This document shows, in pieces, positions 48,094-57,852 of a DNA stretch of 64,000 bases. Both the position numbers and the translations under genes were made by a program. The notes under the pieces are model-generated. The model searched no databases. It was not told the origin of the DNA and saw only the letters and a program-made list of their open reading frames with translations. Positions within the stretch are counted from its first letter, which is position 1. Each line of letters begins with the position of its first letter. The DNA comes from Podarcis erhardii (lineage: Eukaryota): the NCBI GenBank assembly GCA_964252035.1, contig OZ176201.1; one strand, given 5' to 3'.

Positions 48094-48131
48094 GTATCTG
48101 AAGAAGTGTGCATGCACACGAAAGCTCATAC
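48094..48131 (+). ncRNA. Minimal type I hammerhead ribozyme motif
   Basis: Reads gtat CTGAAGA a gtgtgcatgcacac GAAA gc TC atac. Stem I GUAU/AUAC, core CUGAAGA, palindromic stem II, GAAA, self-complementary AGCU stem III, predicted cleavage after C48127. Confidence 0.75.
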
Positions 48132-49423
48132 CAAGAACTGACTTAGTTGGTCTTTAAGGTGCTACTGGAAGGAATTCCTTTCTGTTGGAGTCCTTGCAAT
48201 CTCAAGCGCGCGCGCACACACACACGATAGTTTTCAGGCTACCCCACCTCATTTTTCATCCTGTCTTGAACTTATTCCCAATAGTGCCCCTGTCTCAAGT
48301 GGGGATACTCTAAGCATGCAAAAAGAGGGCAGATCCATACCATACATTTAAAGCTTATCGAATACACATTTAAATCACATGACTTCCCCCAATGAATCAT
48401 GGGTCCTGTAGTGTGTAGCTCTATGAGAGGGGAACACAAGAGGTGCTTTAAAAGTGCTTTAGAGGTAGTGTGTGGGTCTCAGTATAGTGAATCGAATCCT
48501 CCGAGGTTAAACAAGTTCTTTTCAACAGCCCCAATCCTTTTCCAGTGTTCCCTAGCAGAAGAAATGGAAAGTGTGAGGTGAGATGAGGTGAACGACTAGG
48601 TGGGGCTCCTTTTCTTTCCATTTCAAGTGCTGAGCCGATAGATGAACCCCTCGAAGGGCCTATATGGACTTTCTCTTCTCATTAAGCCTCCAGTCAGAAA
48701 AAAGCTTTGGCGTCAGTGTCAGAATCTGGGCAGTACATCAGGTTTCCCTCCCCAGCTCTGGGCTCACCGGATTTTTACTCCTACTCTGTCAAATGAATAT
48801 CACCTGGTTTCTGTCTTGCCTTGACAGCTGAATAGATTCTGAATGTGTGGGCAGAGTGCAGTGCAGGATTGGGTGCCAGGTTTATATCCAGCAGAGAAAA
48901 ACTCATCTGAGGAATGAACCTCTAACTACGTACCCACACACAGGTGTCTTCTCCACCACATGTTTGTGTGTGTGCTCACACTCGCACACACATAGAATTG
49001 ATGTGCCAGTTTCAAGCCGCATCCGGTCAAAGGATCAAAGTTTTGACCAGTTTTCTGGGTTGCAGCCTGTGTATCTTGCAGTTTTAGTGTGCGTTTCCTT
49101 TCTTTTCTAGAACGATCCTATTCTATGTGCAAACTAACTTCCTCTCTGGTGCTCTACCCCTCTTTACCTGACTTAGGAATGATTGTGTTTCCTCTTTGGC
49201 AGGGTACAAAACCATGTAACGCCAGTGACTTCCATAGTACTTTGAGGAAGATTCTCATGAAAATGTTCTTGCCAGTCAACGCCAAGTGTTTTCCCCTTGG
49301 TTTAGTTTATTAAAGAGAGGTCTGTGTTTTCAACAGTACTTTCAAGACCTAACATTTGTTACCCTTAGAAAAGCTTTCACTGTCCTTCATTTCCAAACAA
49401 TGTCTTCCGGGAGGGAAAGTATA

Positions 49424-49665
49424 CAGTGGTACCTCTAGTTAAGAACTTAATTCGTTCTGGAGGTCCGTTATTAACCTGAAATTGTTCTTAACCTGAAGCA
49501 CCACTTTAGCTAATGGGGCCTCCCATTGCCGCCACGCCGCCGGAGCATGATTTCTATTCTCATCCTGAAGCAAAGTTCTTAGCCCAAGGTACTATTTCTG
49601 GGTTAGCGGAGTCTGTAACCTGAAGTGGCTGTAACCTGGAGTGTATGTAACTCGAGGTACCACTG
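49424..49665. mobile_element. Tigger-like MITE
   Basis: cagtggtacctctagttaag ... taactcgaggtaccactg, TA on both sides. Confidence 0.9.
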
Positions 49666-49669
49666 TAAA

Positions 49670-49825
49670 GGGATTTTCTATGCACAGCTGACAGGTGCTT
49701 GCGTCCTTGGGAAGGTGGAAGATGCCATGCGTTACCTTTTGCATTGTCCCTTGCATAGAGATCTCAGAACTCATTTTTTGGCAGACTTTATGAGACTTAA
49801 GAGCTGGTGGGACCCTGACTGATAT
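49670..49825 (+). mobile_element. Old LINE ORF2 C-terminal CCHC-like fragment
   Basis: Translates CVLGKVEDAMRYLLHCPLHRDLR, resembling a non-LTR zinc-knuckle region. Clade uncertain. Confidence 0.4.
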
Positions 49826-49940
49826 CATTTGCAAGGTGGCCACCTGTGCAGTAGCAGCTCAAAAAAATCATGGTAACTTCCTAAAGATTTCCATCATGGA
49901 CTGCAGATAGGACCATCTAAAATAGTATCTTGCTCTATAT

Positions 49941-50089
49941 CATATAATCATGGAGTTGGAAGGGACCCTGAGGATCATCTAGTCCAATGCCCTGCCATGC
50001 AGGAATATGCAGTTGTCCCATATGGGGATCAAACCTGCAACCTTGGCATTGTCAGCACTACGCTCTAACCAACGGAGCCATCCAGGCTG
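49941..50089 (-). mobile_element. tRNA-Ile/CR1-tail SINE
   Basis: Reverse complement of the family at 10380-10529 (ggggatcaaacctgcaaccttggcattgtcagcactacgctctaaccaac...atccaggctg). Confidence 0.8.
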
Positions 50090-51170
50090 TTGTTGTTAAT
50101 CTTTGTTTGTATTGATTATTATTAGTGTTGTATATTATCAGTGCTATGTTTTGTCCTGGCTTCTCTGGTGTCTGTCCTAGCAGGAGACCCTATCTGCTGC
50201 TAATTTGTGGCTGTAAGTATCTGTACTGCTGCTATGTTTTTAAATAGCCATTGCGCCACACACAAATAAAATTGATCTATTCTATAATGCCAGTAAGGAG
50301 TGGTAGGTCGAGGGTGAGCCTCTGAAAGTGAGTTAAAGGACATATGGTATTGTGAGATTCATGGATGTCTTGTCCCATGAGCATGATTGCAGTGGATTAG
50401 GGATCAGTGAAATCCAGGGTCCTGTTCTGTAGCCTTTTCACACTTTGGTAAGGACTTATAAGTTTTGTATTTTATGTTTTACTCTGTTTGCTAATGTTGG
50501 TTCTTTCTTACCTCACCCTTAAATGCCATGCTGGGTGGTGGTTGTTTTACTTCTTAAGCAATATGAACCCTAAGGACCATTCTGTTTTAAAGGCTTGTTG
50601 AACCTGCATGAACTGGCAAACCACTAGGTGCCATGATTCTATTAATAATTCTAAATATTTCTGACAAATCTGAAAAAATCCAGCGTTTTCTCAGGCACTG
50701 GTATGAGGAATCTGAAACAGAGCTGATGTTTGCATGCACACTTGAACGAGTGCCTAGAATTAAGGACTTGGTGACCATCTCAAGCCTGCTTTCTCCTTGG
50801 ATTAATTTTATGGCGTACAGGGCTGGAACACTAGAAACTTGTGATGCATTCTTCTTTCCTTGAAAATGTGCCCCCGCAATCTGAAATTGTTTCCTGTGAC
50901 TTAAGCTAAAAATATTGCTTTCTGCTAATGAAGCCTACAGTGCTCAGAGGGAACAATTGGGTTTGTAGCGCTTCAGAACTGTGGTTTCATATAATATGCA
51001 ATTTTGTTCAATGAGGAAATCCCCAAGAAAGCCACAGAGAAAAGGCTAGCTCCTCTCAGAGGAGCTAACCCATAAAATACGAGGGGGTCATTTCTGGTAA
51101 CACATATGCCAGTATCACAGTGGACTTTCAGTGGCTTGGTTCTGAAAGAAGTATTCTTAGAAATAATAAT

Positions 51171-51277
51171 ATATAGAATTGTAGAATTGTAGAGTTGGAA
51201 GGGACCACGAGAGTCATCTTGTCCAACATCCTGCAATACAGGAATCCTTTACTCACAACCCTGAGATCCAGAGCCTT
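51171..51277 (-). mobile_element. Truncated tRNA-Lys/CR1-tail SINE
   Basis: tagaattgtagagttggaagggaccac...caggaatc...cacaaccctgaga. Confidence 0.65.
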
Positions 51278-51464
51278 ACGTAACAAAAGATGGAGTTTGG
51301 AGTGCTGTGCTCAGTGTCTTAGCCAGCCAGCCTTGCCGTCTTTCAGAATTCTACATTCCATTTTACCCCCACCCACTCACCACAATCTGCCAGTAGTCTG
51401 AAACCACTGAGCATGTTTAGAATTCATTGGACTGTTTTTGCATTGTCCCTGCCCCCACAAAACA

Positions 51465-51662
51465 CAGTGGTACCTCGGGTTACAGACGCTTCAGGTTACA
51501 GACTCCACTAAGCCAGAAATTGTACCTCGGATTAAGAACTTTGCTTCAGGATGACAACAGAAATCGCACGGCGGCAGTGGGAGGCCCCATTAGCTAAAGT
51601 GGTACCTCAGGTTAAGAACGGACCTCCAAAACGAATTAAGTTCTTTACCTGAGGTACCACTG
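51465..51662. mobile_element. Tigger-like MITE, internally deleted, reverse orientation
   Basis: cagtggtacctcgggttac ... ttacctgaggtaccactg followed by TA. Confidence 0.85.
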
Positions 51663-53025
51663 TATAGTTTTTGTGATTTTTCAAGAGCCTGCTAGTAATT
51701 TCCTCTTGTGTGTGGTCTGTGGTGCCGTTTGGACTACATAAGAGTCCATACTCACCTCTGAACTTTAATAACAGGTGGAATAGCAATATATACTTAAGGT
51801 CCGATCTGTGCCCTCTCGCTTTGCTCACGGTGAGTCATGCTCAGTGCTCTTGCAAACACCACAAGAACTCTCCCTGCAAGCTACTGATTGCGGGAGGAAT
51901 TTCAGCAGTGGAGGAACTTGCTCATCCCCATAGCGTTTATGTGGCTCTTTCAAAGCATTCGGAATACTTGTACATTATCTCAGTAATGCTTATGACTCCA
52001 AAAAAATAGGTGAACATTACCACCCCTGTCAGAGAGTGAGGCAAGACAAGGGAAAAGCTTCCACCTTCAGCCACTGCAAGACACCACCAAGCATCTTCAT
52101 CCATTGTGGAGACCAACATGCATTAGAAAAGAAAGTGAGCTTGCAAAACTCATGCAAATATATCAGGTGCCTGTAAGGGTTTTTTGCTTTTTTTAAAGGA
52201 TTAACCCTGCAGGACAACATTTACCTTTTATAGGTATCCACTTCTATATCTATATCTCTGTCTATATCTATATATATATATATATAAAACACTGTCTACC
52301 AGCATATGTCTCATTAGATCAAAATGAGGTCCTTGCCAACAGAATTCTTCAAGGATTTGATCTATAATTAATGTAATATGCAAACTTTGAAAATTATAAT
52401 ACAAATTGAAGCACATATCCATCCTTAGTGCGATTCTTTGTTACACAAAACCATTTCTGTCTGGCTAACCTTTTTGCTACATCATCCATTCATTTGTCCG
52501 CCCTCCCCCTTTTTCAAATTCTAAAAATGGCATGCAGGCAGTATGAAATTTATTAGGCTCTTTAACAAGAAACTAATAAATTGCCCATGGCCAGAACTTG
52601 CCAGACTTTTATCTCTCCAAGCTAGCTAGTGGATCGGAGGGTGTTGGCTGTTTCCCGGCATCTGCTTAGCTTTGCTATATAAGGCATCCTGCCACTCTTG
52701 ATAGTTCAAATGTTAAGGGATTTTTCCTCCTCTGAAGACCTGTTCTCCTGACCTTCTCCATGGCAGCTGTAGCCCGTGGCATCTACAGTTTCCATCTACC
52801 TCCATGATGACTTCCAGGCACATCAGCCTGCAGTGATGTGTTGCATGCTGCTACCTCGCACTCAGCTGGGCTTAGCAAACACAGAGGTGTACCAAAAGCT
52901 GGTGTGTGAGCTTAGCACGTGGATGAATCATGCACACGACCACCTGATGTGTCCGGAAGATAGCAAAGGCTGAAAACTGCAGCTGTCAAGAACTGGGCGG
53001 TGGGCCCTGAGGCTTGTGACCACAG

Positions 53026-53145
53026 CAAGGATGCAGAACTTGTGACCACCAGATGCCATCAGCCCCAGCAAGCCTGGCCAGCGAGCAAGAGAGATAGAAG
53101 CTGTAGTCCAACAACATCTGGAGTGCCGCAGGTTCCCCATCCCTT
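53026..53145. mobile_element. Degenerate hAT MITE
   Basis: Right end caacatctggagtgccgcaggttccccatccct. Related to 5589-5712. Confidence 0.6.
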
Positions 53146-53166
53146 CTCCAGCAGCCTGTGCACTGA

Positions 53167-53706
53167 ATCATAGAATCATAGAATTGTAGAGTTGGAACAA
53201 TACAGAAATCTCAACTGAAGCATCCATGGCTGATGGGCTTCCAGCCTCTGCTTAAAAACCTCCAGTGAAGAAAAGTCCATCACCTTCCAAGGGAGTCTAT
53301 TACTTTGCCGAACAGCTCTTACTGTCAGAAACCTTTTCCTGATGTTTAATCGGAATCTCCTTTCTTTCCACTTGAATCCATTGGTTCAAGTCCTACTCTC
53401 TGGAGCAGGAGAAAACAAGCTTGCTCCATCCTCCATGTGACAGCCCTGGAGAGGTTTGAAGATGGCTATCGTATCTCCCCTCTGTCTCCTCTTTTCCAGG
53501 CTAAACATACCCAGCTCTCTCAACTGCTCCCCATAAGAGTTGTTTTCCAGACCCTTGATCCTCTGCACGTTCCAGCTTGTCAATATCCTCCTTAAATTGT
53601 GGTGCCCAGAACTGGACACAGTACTCTAGGTGTGGTCTGACCAAGGCAGAATAGAGTGGGACTATTACTTCCCTTGATCTGGAAATGGTACTTCTGTTGA
53701 TGCAGT
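53167..53706 (-). mobile_element. CR1 LINE 3' fragment (ORF2 end plus tail)
   Basis: Minus strand SREVIVPLYSALVRPHLEYCVQFWAPQFKEDIDKLER and ELGMFSLEKRR. Ends in the (ttctatga)n tail. Confidence 0.95.
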
Positions 53707-55354
53707 GAGCCATGCCTGTTGCACAAACACTCTTGTTAATTAGGTGAGCTAGTTAAGAGCGGGGCCACTCAACAATGCCACCATCCTCTCAAACACATCG
53801 TCCTGCTGTGCCCAGAGGACTGGTGTAGCGCACTGATCACCCTTGATTCTCATGAGCTAAGCACCTCTCCTTCCGACCATGCAGTGGGCATATTTGAGGG
53901 CCTCGCTTTTTATTGGGCACTTCAGATACTTCTCTGAGGCACGGATGGTGCATTGGGGTGAGCTTGGGGTGTGCGCGCAAAGGAAGGATGGGAGCTCTGA
54001 CAGACACCTTGATTGATTGAAGCGGTTACTTAGAGGCTCTCTCTTGTGTATGATGGATATTTCTCTTTCTTAGAAGAGGGGAGAAAGATGACACATGATT
54101 CCCCCAGCTCTTTCCTCTAGCGGCACTTGTGCGATTTACATTAAGGCCTATAACCGGGGTTGGAGTAAATGGAGCAGGTTTGCAATTAGTTTTCAAAGTA
54201 CTTATCTCATTAAAGTAAATGAATTATTGATTTAGTGACACTCATGCTTTTAGTGAGCGGCACAGAGCCATCACTGCTCTGTTCTCCAGCTCGGCGAGCC
54301 AACGGCCAGCCCCAGCAAACTTGCTTTGTGTGTGGTTTTTCCCCTTTCCCCCTTTTTTCTTTCCACCCCCTTCCTCCCCACCCTCAATTTCTAATATTTC
54401 CTGGTTCTTATTTAGCTTTGTAATTGAAGTGGATCCATGTCAGAAGGGAGCGGTGTGAGGATTGGAAGCCTCCGAGATTAGCTTTAAAGGGAATCATTGG
54501 AGAAGCGGCCGAAGGAAGGAAGCCCCATTATCTGAGTAGGGCACTTTGTTCTATTTGGGAGCAAGTCCCAGTTGCCCAGTGTGTCAGAGAGCAGCCTCTG
54601 CCAGGGACAACTGCAGCAATTCTGCCTGGCTCTCTCTGCCAGCCTTTTCCTGGAGTGCCTGCAACAGCGACAGTAGTCTGCCCATTTGGGGAGAAGAACC
54701 CAAGGGCAGAGGAAAGGTCCGTGCCTGTCGATTCTGCAAGGGCATTTGCTGGGTGGCACGGTACTGGCACAGGCATGGGGTCATGACCCCAGAGAGATGG
54801 TTTAGCATGTCATTTTCTTGGCTTTCCCTTCTTGCCTGCACCCATTCCAGGACTTTGCGGGTGAGGAATCCAAGCCTGAGAATTGAAATTTGCATAGAGG
54901 AGCCTAGACGAAAGGTTACAGAACTACCAGGGCTAAGCCAAGTGCTTCTAGTTCAGGACGTTGCTGTGGCATCAAGAGGCAGCTTTCTCTTGCCCAGATA
55001 TTAGATGCTGCATTAATAGCAAGGGAATGCTCCAAATATCTCCATCCATCCTGTGTCCTTTCCACTGCCCCCACAACTCTGGCCACCCTGCCTGTAATGT
55101 CTGGAGTGAGGAACAGTGTTTTTACGAAGCCACCATCATTCTGGGGTGCGCTAGAATGTGATGCCAACACATGAAGGAGAAAATCCATTTATTTGGGCCT
55201 GGCTGGTTTGACTGCTTTGCCATGCTAGCTCCCCATCTGTACCCTTGAAAGCGAAGTATTGGCAGGTGGTTTTATGTTCATATTAGCCTTGCAAGCTTAT
55301 TCACTGGGGTTTTTTCTGAAATAACTGGTGTCCAACGTATGTGCACGTTCCTAC

Positions 55355-55575
55355 ACAGTGCTGCTGGATCAGACCAAAGGTTCATCTTGCCCAGCATTCT
55401 AGCAGCATCTAGCCAGATGCCCCTGGAAAACCCACAAGCAGCCATTGGAGCCAGGTGGCAGAACCTTGCATGAGTTCACTGATGTGAAGAAGAACTTTCC
55501 TCTATCTGCCTTTAGTCTGCTGCCAGTAAACTGCAGTGGGTGACTCCAGATTATAATGTTATGAAAGACAAAGAT
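55355..55575 (-). mobile_element. Old CR1 3' fragment
   Basis: gctgctggatcagaccaaagg...cccagcatt and gtgaagaagaactttcct resemble a CR1 3' end in reverse. Confidence 0.5.
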
Positions 55576-56273
55576 ATCCTCTACTTTCCCCTTTTTTTGG
55601 AGAGGAGGCCGCTTCTGCTTTCTGTGAAACTGGTGACCTTTCAGAAATGTGTACCTCAAATCTCCAAAACTCAAGGCAGCTTCCTACAGAAAATAAGCAA
55701 GAAGAAGTTAATACGCACCATACAATCAACAATAGAAGCAATGCAAGAACGCAGTGCCCCCACCACCCTGCCAGTGTCCGCAAGCCTTTCAGAAGGGAAG
55801 GGTTTTGCATCCTCTCTGAACAAATAAACGACGAACCTCAGTAGAGAGGCTGGAAAAAAGGCCTTACATCTTCCCCACAGATTCCACACCTCATGTGGTC
55901 TGGACGCAGAGGCCACACAGAGGTTGCCCTGCAGAACACAAAACAGTCTCTGAGGTCTGCTGGTTGCAAGCCAGAAAGGGCTCTAAAGGGTTACAGCCAG
56001 CAAATGAATGGGATACCTGTGCAAGAAAAAAAACAATTGCAGTGTATGATGACAATCCCGCTTCCTCGCCCTCCATCGCAAGGTGGCTGCTGGCCAAAGT
56101 ACCCTACCAGGACAAGCTGGGCTAGTGTACTAATTATTACTACATTTATGACCACATGGTCCCTGGGCAGGATATATATGTGGGAGGGGCATTCTAAAAT
56201 TCACATAATTCATACCGAAACATTGAACACCATTCCGTGGAAGGAGTTGACCCCTTTCAGTTCAGACTACTTA

Positions 56274-56534
56274 TCGTGTTTTTCGCTCTATAAGATGCAC
56301 CAGACCACAAGACGCACCTAGTTTTTGGAGGAGGAAAACAAGAAAAAAAAAATATTCTGAATCTCAAAAGCCAGAACAGCAAGAGGGATCGCTGCGCAGT
56401 GAAAGCAGCAATCCCTCTTGCTGTTCTGGCTTCTGTGATAGCTGTGCAGCCTGCATTCGCCCCATAAGACACACACACATTTCCCCTTACTTTTTAAGAG
56501 GGAAAAGGTGAGTCTTATAGAACAAAAAATACGC
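56274..56534. mobile_element. Tc1/mariner (Tc2/Tigger-like) MITE with an internal hairpin
   Basis: TIRs cgtgtttttcgctctataaga / tcttatagaacaaaaaatacg, TA on the left. Internal 27-bp inverted repeat at 56369-56431. Confidence 0.8.
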
Positions 56535-56880
56535 CAATTGTGCCTTCAAGGCCTGGAGAAAGAGGTGCCTTTTGACCTGCCAATGGAAAGCAAATAATGT
56601 AGGTCCAAGAAGCACCTCAGAGTGGAGGCCATTCCTTCTTCCTCACCACGGAGAAGACCCCTTAATGTGCCCCACCACCCCATCACTAGGGTAAGGTAGT
56701 GCAAGTAGGGCCTCTCCTGCTGGCTTTAATCCACTGGATTTTCTCCTCCCTACGTGTCATGCACAACTAGCGTGAAGAGCAATGTTTGCCTATGTTGCCT
56801 GTGCAGAGCCCTCACCCCAGCGGTTCTCTGATTAGCTGCTGGAAACATGGCCCCCTTTCCCTGTGCAAAAGCTCTTCTCA

Positions 56881-57090
56881 TTTAATTAAAAGTGTTGACA
56901 TTGGGACCAGCCAACCCACCCACCTGAGAATGCGCCGATAAATTAAACATTACGCTTTTAATGGCCCATAAAGAAACTCTCCACTGTTGCTTGTGCATGG
57001 AGAGGGACAGAAAATAGGGAAGAGGTAGGGGGCAGGTTATATAGCCAGATAATCTGAGCTAATGAATTTAATTAAACAGCAACATTAATT
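56881..57090. promoter_or_regulatory. Candidate homeodomain-rich enhancer
   Basis: Three TAATTA palindromes (56884, 56940, 57069), further TAAT cores and CCCATAAA in 210 bp of unique sequence. Conservation not testable here. Confidence 0.3.
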
Positions 57091-57570
57091 TTGGAGTCGC
57101 AAAGGAGGAGGAGACAGGATGTGGGACATAACAGGAGTACTTGAAAAGCCTAATAGAGAGGGAGGGGAATGGGGAAGTGGACATAGTTTACTTGGAGGGT
57201 CTTTGGTTCACTCAAAGCTGCTGCCCATGCGGTGATGATGGTACATATTTATATAGAGATATATATGTGCTGTGTTTTTAAAATATTTGTTGTTTTGTGG
57301 AATGTTCTAAGTGTCTGAGTGCACAGCTGGAGTGGACAGGCAAAGTAGAAATTACTGAAATAAATAAAGCTCTAATGTTGCCCCCTGCTAGGCACAGTAG
57401 CAGCCAGTGTGGAACCATTGAGTTGCTTCAATATACCTGGACAGGATGGGGCGGGGAGGAGTGGCAGGGAGGTCAGGGCTCCATTGGCGCACTGGCGGAA
57501 CAAATCCAGCCTAGGAAAATGCCTTTGCAGGTAAGGATGGTCCAGTGTATAGGAATTTTTAAATCTGGAG

Positions 57571-57852
57571 CAGGGGTGGCTAACCTGTTCCCCACTTCTA
57601 GATCTAGATCAGCAACCCTTTTCAGCTTGGGGCCGGTCCACCGTCCCTCAGACCATGTGGTGGGCCAGGCTATATTGGGGGGGGGGGAATGAACGAATTC
57701 CTATGCCCCACAGATAACCCAGAGATGCATTTTAAATAAAAGCACACATTCTACTCATGTAAAAACACGCTGATTCCCGGACCGTCCGCGGGTCAGATTG
57801 GGAAGGCAATTGGGCCGCATCCGGCCCACAGGCCTTAGGATGCCTACCCCTG
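57571..57852. mobile_element. hAT MITE with a composite left end
   Basis: caggggtggctaacct ... aggatgcctacccctg. TSD atctggag (57563-57570) / atctagag (57853-57860). Confidence 0.8.

Larger units (their letters stand above)
47153..48176. mobile_element. Penelope-like element (Neptune-like) as two 5'-truncated copies in inverted, head-to-head arrangement
   Basis: Arms 47198-47683 and 47691-48176 are reverse complements. Flanked by the direct repeat ccttt(a/c)tgttggagt at 47138-47152 and 48177-48191. Both arms encode a GIY-YIG C-terminal region. Confidence 0.9.

Noticed and set aside
51311-51330. cagtgtcttagc, resembling part of miR-34a
   Set aside because: Only about 12 nt match and there is no surrounding hairpin.
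54424-55188. Cluster of overlapping 80-150-aa ORFs
   Set aside because: No family motifs. The overlap of several frames is consistent with GC-rich unique DNA and permissive start codons.
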